DNA from: Perna viridis
Lineage: Eukaryota
Direction of reading: 5' to 3'
Assembly (NCBI GenBank): GCA_037379345.1
Contig: CM074524.1
Location: 16,922,750-16,986,749, forward strand
Length of the DNA: 64,000 nucleotides
In this document: positions 44,531 through 58,400 of the stretch, one piece after another
Numbering within the stretch: the stretch's first letter is position 1
Layout of the letters: each line of letters opens with the position of its first letter
Made by a program: the position numbers and the translations under genes
The notes under the pieces: model-generated
The model's database searches: none
What the model was told of the DNA's origin: nothing
Seen by the model: only the letters and a program-made list of their open reading frames with translations

Positions 44531-46414
44531 TGATAAATAGCAAAAGAAAGTGCCATGTGGTGATGAATACCAGTATATAACCTGATAAAGACATAACATC
44601 TTGGATCTATACTTCCAAATTTAGGCACAACTCAAAAATATTTTTTTTATTTCATGAAAAATATATTAAATGTGATGTTATTCCACTTCATCAAAAAGTC
44701 ACCAGTAACAGACAAGCATTAATATTCCCCCAATATCATACAATAACAACCATTATATAGCTACTATACCAATACATGCTCAAGACGACTGAATAAAAAT
44801 TGTTGTATTATAAACAGAGCTCCAATATGATTAGAGCTTCATGGTGCATGAAATAGCATTGTCAGACACATCCAGTTGATTACGCTTCACACCTTCCTGT
44901 CATGAATGAAAGTATGAAGCATAATAAACTAGGGTTTCAATGATGTAGAAATGATCCTTTGTTTAAAAGTGCATGATATGCCATCCCCATTTTTTTGTTT
45001 GATCCAATTTCTCTCAGATAATGGAAATTGAACTTCTCACTATAAAGACAAACATTGTACTAAAAAGATAACAAAATCAACAACATAATTTTTCTGTCAT
45101 TGTAAAATGTGGCTGGGCAACATTATACTGTAATAATGGGAACATAAAAATTCAAATACAACATATTACTCCTTAAAAAAAAAAAAATTCTACTGATATA
45201 TAGTTTGCAAATAGAAAAATCTATCATTCATCAATGGTTTTTGTCTTACTACAATAAAATGCTTTGCAGGACACAACTTGATACAACCACATAGGTTGAC
45301 ATCTCACCAATTATGGTAAGTATGGACACACAATTCAAGCTTATTTGGATTTCAATAAAACATTTGAAACAAGACAAAATTATGACCAGAAATAAAGTGG
45401 CTCCCAATTCCCACAATGAAGTTATATCATGAAAAATCAAACCCAGGCTTCTATGGTGATGTGGCTAAGAAAATTTCATTTTTGTATAAAATGTCCAGTG
45501 AAAACAAATGAATTCATTAAAAATCATGGGAATGAAATGATATTAACGAAGTGGACAGCAGTTGTATCAATAGATAAAAATATTGTGTAGACTACTAATA
45601 AACTTGATTCCAAATGTTTGGAATGAGTAAGATTTGATCAACAAACAAAAAATACTGTGAGTTCAGAAATTATTAGAAGGATTTAAAATTAAATATTTTT
45701 TTATTTTAAGATCTTATGAAAAATTAAGAAATGATGAAAATTCAATGATAAAAGTTTTATAAAATGCTATTGATACCCAGTCACACTTTTGCAATTATAA
45801 ACATCACAATAATTTCCCAATTAAAGATATATAAATATAAATACAAATCATAAATACATACACTCCAAATGATAAATACATGTACACTACCATTACATAT
45901 ACCAGTATTACAGAAGCTGAATTGGAGCTAGTTCTTCTGAAGAAAATGGAGGCTTTGTATTGTAAAATAGGGTAACTTTAAGGAAGAGACAAAGTTGAAA
46001 ATATCATCATATGATTCCAATAATATGTAAAACTACGTTAACTGAAAACCTGTCAAAACTACAACTCATTTAGTTTCATGGCTTTGTTAAGATGGTTTAA
46101 TGTGTATTACAACACATGAAAAACGGGGAGAGAAATCTACTACCAAATTGTTGATAATTTTTCTATTTTAACAATTGCTTTTATTAAAACTGAATTCTAT
46201 CAACAACACACTTACTGTAGCAACAAGATCAACTTCCATCCACCATGGCTAATATTCCAACTCATCAAAATTGGTTACAAAATTACAAAAGCTACACACA
46301 ATTTAATAAAATATCTCCTATTCTTAGCAGTGCATTAAATATGCAAAGGACCTTTTAAACACCAATCAAATTAAATTTTCCAAGTTTTCAACAAAATGAA
46401 AGGAAGAAGCTGTT

Positions 46415-46610
46415 TCTCCTTCACCCAAATCTTGAATTTAATAACTTCCTCAATCTCAATATTATTTTTTTTCTTTTTTAACATGCTCACTGCACTTGCT
46501 TGCTGAAGTTAATGAAAGAAATTGATTCTCCTTCACCCAAGTCTTGATTTTAATTATTTCTCCACTCTCAATTAGTATTTTAACATGCTCACTGCACTTG
46601 CATGCTGAAG
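46415..46610. repeat. Diverged ~110-bp tandem duplication downstream of the VPS13B stop
   Basis: tctccttcacccaa.tcttga...ttttaacatgctcactgcacttgc.tgctgaag occurs twice. Confidence 0.85.
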
Positions 46611-46999
46611 GTAAACATTTTACTATCTTGCATACTTAATCAATACAAACAACTCTTATCTGAAGGACAATCCATACCTTAACCCTCATTGTATACAACA
46701 ATATACATTTGAATTACCGGTAACAAAATCAAAACTTCAAAAATCATTTATGGATGTAGGTTGAGTAAGGGATCTGAAAACAAACTAACCAAAAAGTTTT
46801 TTTCCACAGATATCTGCTTTAAGAGGTTGATAATTGTAAGTTTTTCAAGGGGTCCTAGACCAGAAGCATAAAAATTTATATTGGTATGTAATTGTCCAAA
46901 CCACTTTTTTGGAAGGTTTTGCATGGTTTACAGAAGATTCTATTGACAGCCTCTTATAAAGTATTGGATTTAAAATGTCTGCACATGTAAACGTGATTC

Positions 47000-47171
47000 A
47001 TACTAAATTCCTCATTTTGATGATGAATTAAAAGTTCATAATATAACCTATTTAAAATAAAAAAATCACAGAAAAACAATATAATATACTAAATTCCTCA
47101 TTTTGATGATGAATTAAAAGTTCACAATATAACCTATTTAAAAAAAAAAAATCACAGAAAAACAATACAAT
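47000..47171. repeat. 86-bp tandem duplication in the VPS13B 3' UTR
   Basis: atactaaattcctcattttgatgatgaattaaaagttca...aatcacagaaaaacaata occurs twice. Confidence 0.92.
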
Positions 47172-47210
47172 GAATTGCACCTATCACAAGAATTATAATA
47201 TGACGAATCA

Positions 47211-50200
47211 TCATAACAGGAAACCCTTGCCAGAAAGTTTTAATTTTGTTGAGCTGAATATAGCAAGAAAAACATCCTTAGCATAGGGGTCAACTAGGAA
47301 GTGATATTCTGGTGCAAAACTTGGTCGGCATGTCGGGGACAATGATGGTGAAACTGGTCTGCTGTCGTCATATGATTCCACTGAATCTGGTGGTGACACC
47401 TGTGGGAAATCTGGAATGTCATGAGTTGGATTGAGGTTCAACTTCAGTGAGATGTCTGGACGCACAAACTCTGATGTCCCGTCGATGAAAGCAGCTACCC
47501 GATCTTTATTTTCTTTCTCAGACTGCAAAAAAAGGACACAAAAAACTATTACTCTTTCAGCAATGTTTGTCATTAACAATCTCAACATATTCAATATGTA
47601 AATATTTTATTTTCATTCTAAATATGTTATTAATTATCTGCTCTATTTTCAAATACTGAAGTTTGGGAACAGAAAGCATCATATAGAAAGTAGCAATGGA
47701 AAAAAATATAAATTTCCCCAAATACGAATACTATTTCAATAACTAGTAAAACAGATAAAATTTTCTACTTTCTATCAATGGAAACCTAACTACAGTAAAT
47801 TTAAAAATGTTGCATTAATTTCATTATAGTCATGACTTTGACATTATGGCCAACAAAACAATTTTAATTTTCGCAATATCAGGAATCCTGTTCAAATTCA
47901 TTACATAATCATAATGGTTATTTTTTAATTGTGCTTAAAATCCAGTCACAATTTTCCTTATAATAAAAACATACCAATAGCAATAATAAATGAATTTACA
48001 GCATTGAAATTAATGTTTAAACATTGTGAATACAGGTATATGCTGGTAGGTCATTAATTAAGCTTAAAATTATGCATCACAAATGCTAAATGCAAATCAG
48101 CAGCTGAAAAGCACACATTTTATCATAAGGCTTCCTTTTATAGAAAACATCAAGGGAAAGTTATATACATAATTAAATTGTAAGAAGATTACTACATCAA
48201 GAGGAAAGCTGTGAACAAGAAAGGAAGAATCCTGCTACATGATCTAATTCATTCAATAATTACAGTCTTATGATCAGTATTTATCAATTCAAGGGGTACC
48301 AACAAAACATTCTTCTTGAGATTCAAATATTTGTAGATTAATCTTCAACATAAAATAAAGAAAAATGGAATATATTTTGTTCAGCATTACCATTTCTTTT
48401 TTATCAAAATCTTAAAAGAAATCTTGAATATTAGACTCCATAAACAATACTTTTTTCTTTACAGTTTTTATATGACAACATCTAATAGATCTTTTTGTGT
48501 TAAAAAATTAACGATTAATTCCCATTGGTTTTTCGTTGGATACGAATATAGTTCCAAATTTGATGGTAGGGTCCTTCCTCATTTTTTGATATATTTTCTG
48601 GGAATTTATTTTCTAAAGTTTTACCACAAATTGGTAAAAAATATGTCAAAATTTCATAGAATTTTTTTTCATTAATAAATTATGACTACAAGTTGTGATT
48701 TGGTCCAGTGAAAGAAGGTAAAAATTTCTGACTTTTAACTCAGTTCATTTGTTATGTCCACCCTATCTCTGGGTCATTTGTCTTAGTTTTATAAAATAAT
48801 GGAGAATTTTTCTGCAATTTGCAAATAAAAACCCACTAGTAGGTATCTTTGGGCCAGAGAAGTTTTATTCAGTTTGTGCAAGTAGAATTTTTTTAAATCT
48901 GTTCAAATGTGTATATTGAAATACACGTGAAAATCAATTGTGGTCTCGTTGCCAGTTAACAAGAAAAGGTATTCAAGACATGTTCTAGCAAGGAAGATAC
49001 AACTGATAGTATCATATCTCAAATCGGTTGAATTATGTAATTAATGATGCAATGCATGTTTTTTTGGTAATAAATAAAAGTTACTGGATAGAAAAAATAA
49101 CATTTCTTCCCTCAATTTATATCTTTAAGGCTTTGAAGTGTGAAAAGACTATAAAAACGACATCATTACTAATCAGTTTGGTCATTACAGCCTGGTGACT
49201 GATAAGGATTGAATGGTTTCATATTATCCCTCAGGATAAAATGATATAACATTATGTAATTTTGAGATTACACTAATAATCATATTATGTATGCCTTAAG
49301 GCTAATAATTATTAGAAGAATTTGGTCACATTAAATTTTTTTGGCATGTTTTTTTGTTTTTTTTATTAATTTTTTTTTAAACATTTTCTCATTTTGAATG
49401 TTTTGTTTTTTTTAATCCATCAGTTCCTTACTTAGCACTCAACAAACTTTGTTGGCTAAGTTTCCAACTTATGAATGAAGAATATAACCTTTTCCAGAAA
49501 TGCTATTTCCTTCAAACATGTACCTTGTTCATTTTGTAAAAAAGTATCAGATGGAATAATTTTACATAAATAGTCTCTATAAGTATAAATGTTCTTACAG
49601 GAGTGTAGATTAAAGAATGGCTTATTTTTCACAATTTGAGAAATTTGTCTTTTTTGCAAGAGGAGTGTAGGGGAATGAGAGAAAAGACCAAGAATTTCTC
49701 TTATGAGTGAAAGAAAACCCAATCTTTGATCTTCAAAGGGTATAAATACCAGTTTCTCTTAGAGAATGCTGTAATTTCTAGAAACATAGTATATAGTGAC
49801 ATATTTTCTCTGCCTTTGTTTTGAATATGTCTATAATGCTGCCACTTTCAAGACGTTTCATTGGTTAAAAGAATGAATTAAGACAAGCACACATGACCTT
49901 GTCTTACACGGTCATCTCATCTGGAAAAAGGCCATCTCCGGAAGAAACCAGCTTCTAGCCACACATATAGCCAGCCCAAAGCCAATCATATTAAGTTTAC
50001 CTAAAACCCTTGTTTTTTGTATGCAATGAAATTTTGCAATTTTCCTCATGACAAAAATATCATGAAAATATATCATTGTGAATCCTTGACATATATATTA
50101 CTGAATATTCAATATATATCAAAGTCTAACTTAGTAGTTTATGGTTCACCATAAGTGCAATGAAGTTACAGGCAGACATCAAAACAAAGGTCAACTTTTG

Positions 50201-52371
50201 TTGAGTAGGAAAATACATTCAGAACATAATGATATAGTTAATTCTGAATATTATGCCAATTTTTCTTCTTTTCATGAATGACGAGGTAGTAAAATTGGAA
50301 CCATAAACAATATCCTGCATATATCTATTCTAACAAAGCCAGTCATGATCAGCACCATTATCAGGAGAATAATCTTCACAAGTCCTTAAGTGTTTGTTAG
50401 TAACATGTATTTACATAAAATATGAATAGTTTAAAAAGCTTAATAAGATTTTTTTTAAATTAAATATTTCATATTTCAAGTTAGTAATTATTGAATATAC
50501 AATGTCCTTCATGCCTTACATGGCTAAATATGATAAATAATTCAATTTAAATTAATTTTCATAAAGACTCATCTAAAGTAGCCATTCCAATGATCAATAA
50601 AACTTTTATGAAAACGTTCTAGAAAATAGCAAATTTTAGGTTAATCAATAAAACACAGTCTCAGCCATGCTTAAAAAAATGTTCTTTATATAACCTTTTA
50701 CATTTTTTTCATTCAGTTTTTGATTGGACAAAGGGGAATAACCCCATCTTCTAATCAAATATAAGTGAAAGTACACATACAAAACTGACCATGTAAGTGA
50801 ACAGTGTAATATAAATTATAATAAATGAAATTGAATGAAATAAGCAAAAAGTTTCCACACAATGATGACTACATGTAAAAATAGTGATTAAAAAAAAACA
50901 TAAGTGAACGTTACTATCCCTCTTCAACCCCCTGTAGAAGTTAGGTGATTAGCCAGATTTTCAAGGGACTTCAGGACAAAAGGGGTATTCTTGCCCATTA
51001 TTTTGCTTAATTTTTTGCCCAAATTTTGCAAGAAATTACAAAGTTTTTTAAAAAGGGTGTTCCTAACATCCGAACTCTGTCCTTACCACTGGAGCCACTA
51101 AATGAAGTTATACACTTCAAGAGACCAAATAAATTCATGCTCATGGGATTAGTAATTATTCCAACATGAAAGGTGTTAACCAATGTTCATTTTCATTACA
51201 ATAAGACTTTAAACAATTATATGATTGTAACTTTACTTTCTCTGTCCTTTAAAAATTGTGTTACAAATTAAGACAGCAACAGTAAAATAGAAATTTTCTT
51301 TGATTTTTTAAAATCTTAGAACATTGATTCTCCAATAACTAAAAAAAATCATTCAAGACATTCTTTTGTTATTGTTGAAATGTTAACTGAAAGACAGTCA
51401 GAACCAGGGGCGTGTCCAGGATATTTGAAAGGGGGGGGGCGTAGAATAAAAAATTTTTGGACCTTTTTTGGCTTAAAAACATAAAATAATAGAGAATTGC
51501 ACTAATGTAACGGTTCCTGACTTGGAGCATGTATATTTTATAGTTAAAGTGTCAGGGTGTGACATTTTTTATGCCGAGTTTTCTCCATTAATTGTCTATG
51601 GTATATTAAAATGATTGGATGGATCTTAACATGGATTTAATATTAACACTAAACAACTACATTGAACTGTGCAAATGTTAAAAACGTGTATCCGTTCTCG
51701 AGTTATTGTATTAAAACCACCGGGATGGACGGACCGACGGAAAATGTTGTTTGTGCTGTATTTATACCACTCTACCAAGAAATTTGTTTTGCATGCACAC
51801 GTATAAAAATTGCGGTTTTTATCCAACGCAATCATAGGTTTGAACCCCGTTCTGGATATCATAGTCAAATCTGAGTGACCCCTTCCAAGGCAACGCGTGA
51901 AAAAATAACCCCATTTTAGACAATTTAGCTGAAAATACAACCCCTTTTGTCAGAATATACCCAGTATTGTATATATAGTAATATACCCCCTCCCCCCCCC
52001 CCCCGGTATATTTAGAATGGCTATGGGGAATCGAAGTTAGTGTCACACAATACAACCAAAATTCATGTATTATACTGATTTACTTACCGTTTTGGTTGTT
52101 TAAAAAAGGTGTCCAAGACACCTTGATACGATTTTAAGGTCTTTTGACGTTTTGTTTTTGACATCGACATCTTTGCGAATTCTTTATCACATCAACAACA
52201 ATGGATACTAATCGCAGAGTCGAACACGCCGGACTCCGAGAAACGAAATTTTACGGTTGATGATGACCCATCAAATTGGGGAATCAGTATAAAAAGAAAT
52301 CAGAGTATGTGTTTAATTAATGAATATGATAAATTGCCATCATTCAATACAATACTAGCAGATTATAACGA

Positions 52372-52402
<31 letters not shown>

Positions 52403-55400
52403 GGGGGGCATACGCCCATTACGCCCTTACCTGGACCCGCCCCTGAGAACCATTAAAAGGGTAAAAAAATAACAAGGAGTGGAATGACCACTTTTTAAGA
52501 CAAAGTTCACCACGCTTCTACAAGAGGTTTATAAGTAGAAGAATTTGCCCTCAGTAAAAGTGTAACAATTCTATTGATTGTTTATTCCCTACCTTTTTGA
52601 TGACAGCTGAAGTCTGATTAGTATTGACAAAGTTAATACATAATTAGATAAAGTAGTTAGACACAACCACAAAAGTTTTTTTGCTATTAAGTCTCTCCTC
52701 AATTAAAATAAAAAATAAAAAAGGAATCAACTGACTCGTGAACCAATCTGTTCAATACTATATGCTAGTATATATCAATTATAATTGTTGCCAATTTCTG
52801 TGTATTTTGTCTCATAAACATACTCACGTGAAACAATTTGAGTGATTTAATAACTAGAGGCTCTAAAGAGCCTGAATCGCTCACCTGGCTTGCATAAGCA
52901 ACATTCTATTTTTAAAGTTATAACATTGAAAATAGCGAAAAACATTGAAAAAAGGCAATGACCATTATGTATTATTTTTAGTAACAGTGGCCATGTTTTA
53001 AATGGATCAAAAATCCCAAGAATAATTCTATGCAGAACACCCTACGAAATATTCATACCAATTTTGCTTTAAGAGACTTCATCCCTTTTATTCATCTCAT
53101 GTGTTTACATACTAAAGGACGAGAGTCACCTGAGATATAAATATAAGAAATGTACCTTTCAATAATTTGGTTAACATTCTTGTCCAATAGAGGATTTCCA
53201 AGAAAAGGGCTTTAAGGATCTTTAATCTTCCCTGGTATGTAACATACATGTACTACAAAATGTTTTGAGGCTCACATGCATGGAAAAAAAACTAATGATT
53301 TTAAACAATGATTGGGAGACCATGCACCATTTATAACATGCTAGAAGAATGGTAAGAGTGACCTATTGAACTTGTAAGTCTCGTCACAATTCACAAGAAT
53401 GGGTCAGAAACTATCATTCAAAAACATAGGACGTGGTTGTCAATACAGTAATAACTACAATCCTTTAAACCTCCAATGTGTAAATATGATAAATATATGG
53501 CTCTAGTATAAGTGCAGTATCTGTAAGAATCAGGCAGCGGGTGAAACATGGTAGGGAAAAACCAACCATTTTGATAGTTTAATTTGACTTTTTTAACCAT
53601 CGGAATCATGGAAATCAGACAAGATTTTCTATATCATGCTGGATCATTGAGTTACAATTTCATTAAAATGCACTGAAAATGAAAATTTCAAGGGCAGATA
53701 ACTCTGACAAAAACCTCATTTTTCTACGATTCTGTTGAAAAATTTCTAAGTAAATCAAATGATGCAGAGATCAAATAATGGCCATTTCAAAGAAAGATTG
53801 ATTCATTGATTGTTGGTGTTAACGTCCGAGCAGCAATACTTCAGCTATATTCAGATGATGAACATGAAATGGATGATAAAATGAACATGAAATGATGATG
53901 AAATGAAAAATGGGATGGGACACAAAGAAAGAAAGCATCCTGGAGTGAAATTATATTGTCAGATTGGTGGGTTTTGACATGCATGTTTCTGATTTTTCCC
54001 ATTTTGCCTGATTCTTACAAACACTTACACTTAACCATTTCTTCATTATGATAAGTTTGATAATAATACAAAACAGAAAATTTACTATCTGGTAAATATC
54101 ATTTTGTTGTACCCAGAAGTAACCAACTAAATATAAATGGGTCTTTGATTTCAAATGATTTTGAAGTTCCAGGTCAAAAATAAATCAGAACAACACTTAC
54201 AAGCCTTATTTTGATAACTTGCACTTAGCTATAGCTTATTCAAAAAACAAACGGGTACAACAAAATGTACATCCAAATCACAGATTTGCGCACACAAAAA
54301 GTTTTGAGTTTATATCAATCAAATACATACCATCAATTTATTTGTTCAGTTACAACAATACATGATTCAAGAGCACATTCAAACTTGATAATATTTTGTG
54401 ATTTATTCTGGGCAGGTAAAACAAAGTAAGTAAAAGAAAGTTGAAACCCCATGAGACTTCAAGCAACAATGGTAAATCTCATTTCATGACATCACAACCC
54501 TCATATAAGTAAAGATCAACTTATAAAGCAAGGACAAAGGTCAATGGATTTTCTCAACCAATCAAATAAACCAACCTGTGGAATATCTTGATGAAAGGAA
54601 TCCCTCCAAACAAAGGTAATTAACTGTGGATTGTCATGCTGAACTTTGACCTCCAACTCAGCCAATGAAAAAGCTTGTTGTTGACTGTCATCTTCTATTC
54701 CAAGCATCAGCATCAGCTCATTGGTCAATAAAAGTTCAACTTTGACTTCTGAATCCATGATATCAAGATAATTAGCCACTATAGAAGACTGGAGCTCACA
54801 ATTGGGGAGAGATTGAAGAAGTTTTCTGAAATTGAAAAGACTTTGTATCAATGAATTTATTAAAGCAGTAAAGGCTAAAAACTACGCAATAAACCTTTTT
54901 TAGCAATATCTATTTTTAGTATGTAACTGCAGGGGTGATTAAGAAGGATCCAATAAACCTATATACACACTCAATGTTGAGGCAATTAACAAAAAACAAA
55001 AGCTGCACTAAAGCATAAACCTGTACCCCCCTTTTTTCAGTGTCCAAAATCCCGTAATTTTGAAATAAAAAATTGGAAAACAATGTGAACAAATAGGCCT
55101 CATACAATGGAACAGTATACCACCATATGTCTGTTGAAATGAATAAAAAGAATAGAAATTTGTTTCAACATTTTTGATAACAGTTTCAGATTTTATTATG
55201 TTTCAAATCAAAATCATAATTTCACCTTCCAGGTTTTATTCATTACCTGATATATTTGAGATGACTATTGTTCATGTGTGAGATGTTAATTTCTTCTGCT
55301 GGATACGAGGGTTTGATTACATCCCCTGATAGACCAGTGCCGTATAATAAACCTAGAATGTATAGGTACAACATCAATGAAAATGAGCCATAATACAACA

Positions 55401-58400
55401 ATCTATTTACGACCACCCCAGGTGCCAATCCAAGGATGAGCATGCCAGGCTTACATCCCCCTTAAAATTGGGGGAATACATTTTTTTTTCGCATGAAATC
55501 TTTATTTTCCACTAAATCTAACCCCATAAATTTTCTTGTTTGGTTTCCCTAGGCATTTAATTCTATTTACAGACCCTATTCTGAAATCCTGGATCCACCC
55601 CTGCACCACAACAATTTTCCCAACAATGTATGTAGAAATGATTAAAATCTTCTAAAGTGGTTTGCTGGAGATTAAACAGTTTGCTGAACAAGTAATTTTT
55701 TTTTCTTGGTTTCACTCAAAATATAGATGTCACTAAAAATCAAGAACTAAAACTCTTCATCAATGAAAAAAATCAGCTCAAACATGTCATAAATCTGCAA
55801 TAAGTAATAATAACACAAATTTTGTCAACTTCAAATTCTTTTACAGTTAACTTTCAAGGAATGTTCAATGAAATATTCCCTCTATTTAAATACACATACC
55901 TCAATAGACACAAATTTAAGTAATACTTGAAAAATCAGGCTAGCAGAATACCTACCTTGTCCAGTCTGAGATAAAAACTCAGCAGCGCCACCTATTGGTT
56001 TTGTAAACACACCCACTAAACCTTTCCCCACACCAGAAACAAGTTCTGAAGCACCTGACCTCTGACCTTCACCCCTTGACATCATTGTCTGTAGAGGTTG
56101 ATCAGCTATACCAGCAACAGCACCTGAAAAAAAGCAATTATAGGATAATTAAGTCATGTTTTATTTTCTTGGTGTTTACATTTTAAAATAACCAATAACC
56201 TGGTTAAGACTTTAACTAAATGTTCAATACCATTGATTGATTGATAATTGTTTAGCATCCTATGGCAGATATTTCATGCATTTTAGGGCAAAAATGATTG
56301 ACCTACTGAACAGTGCCTATAAACTGGCAACCGAGTTATACTTGAATTTTTTGTTGAGGCCCAGGAAGACTACTGATAACCCCTTTTAATTTTTTACTGG
56401 CTAACTGCTGGTCTAAAAGCCATAAGAACCCTGGTAGTTACCACCACCTACCATTATTTAATATTTTCTTTTAAACTGGTACAGAAGGGACAAGAATGTG
56501 TATCAGGTAATTTTGCTTTATGAACAGTGGTACTAAATTTTTACAGTCTCAGTTTTTCGTGTCAATAGACAGGTCTATGGGAGATAACTATGAAATATTT
56601 TTACTTATATTTGGTGAGCTTTAATTTTTGTGACTCCCTTATCTTTATGGATAAAGTCAACATTTCCTGCTACAAGGTAATAAATGGTATACCTAACAAG
56701 CTCATGCCAAAGCCTGTCAGCCCATTTCTCAGCCCACTGGTAAGACCCAATGGATGTTGCCTCCTCCTCTCTTCTTGTCTCTCACGATGACTGTCATCCA
56801 TTGATAGTCTGTCCATATTACGGGAAACACTGGAGGCAAAGTTGGTCACTGATGTCAACATACCTAAAGACCAAAAATAATAGTGACTTTTCAGAGTAAT
56901 TTTTTACTATATTAGAATTTGAACCACAAACTGAGTAGCACCTCCCAATTCTGAGGAATAGTATCTGTACTTCAGAAAATAATTAATCTAAGGTTTTGGT
57001 GATTATCACAGAAAAAAAAATTCCATGAATCAGAAATCTCAACCTGCACTTGAGAAGAAACTTTCTTATTTCTGAGGTACATGCAACACAATTTTGATTT
57101 TTTAAAATTTAACCTCCCCTACTGCAGTATTTCTACTATATGATAAATTAACCCACACGGCTGTAATATTTCACCCCCTCCTTTATTTTAAATATACACA
57201 TACCTTGGTGCAAAATTTCTGCCTCCACTTTTAAATGATTAAAGAGAACCAATGACAGAGGTACAAAATATTTTTTTTTATAATATGAAAGTCATTCTTT
57301 ATTGAAAACACAAAAACTGACTGAAAACGTTAATCTTTTTTCTAATTCACAAAAAATCAGCAAATATGTCCTTCAAATAAATATCTTGGACTATGATTTT
57401 CAGGCAGAATCCACATCTCTTCAAGTACCACAAAATTTTAACTTGGTGCATATATTTACAGTACCAGTACCACTATAAACCTACCAATTAATAAAATTTG
57501 ACAAACCTGATGAAATATTCCTGACAAAAGATGACATTCCAGAACTGACCCCTGACACAAAGGCTCCTGGACCCTGAGTGAGGCCCCCATAGGGTAATCT
57601 GACTAAATCAGCCACACCTGTGCCTATCGACCTGATTAACCCTGTAGGGTTCCCCAATATCTCTAGTGAACCAACAACAATACCTAGGTAAAGGAAAAAA
57701 TACATAATTACATTAAGTAATACTCCATCTAAAAAACATGCAGAGGGTGAAACAACTTTTAATCCTATGTAGACATTTTCATCTTTTCTGACATTATTTA
57801 TTTCCTAGAATTCCTGAAATCATTTTTGAATGGTTATACTTTAAGGAGGTAGACCTAGGGTAAGGGACACAACTCCTAGAAATTATTGGAACGTTTGTAT
57901 TGACAGCATTTTACTCCAATCTCATGCAAGCATTAAAGTAACATGGACTGATTTCATTCTATTTCAATTTAAAGCTTGAAAGGCTTTGGTGAAACTAATA
58001 TGTTACAAACGTATCACTGATTTCAAGAGTTATGTATGAGATTTTCCTTTCCTTTTTCAAAGTAGAATATTCCTAAGTTAAGTTGGAATTGCTCATTTAA
58101 CCTAACTTTGGCTGACACTTTTTTTTTTAAAACAATGTTTATTAAGTCCTCTAAAGAGTTTAAAGTCCATGAAAACCCCTCTACCACAAATGTTTGCAAT
58201 AACAGGAAGTTGGTGTTCTAAATTAGCACTAATTAATGTAGTGTTGATAAAGATATAATGATAAGAAAAAGTAAAACATAGATGCACCTTTTTATATATT
58301 ATAAAACAATTATTCTGATATATATTAAGTTAAAAACAATTAATCAATTATCTATCATGTTTATATAAACTCACCTGCCCTGAACAAGGCACTTGAGGCA

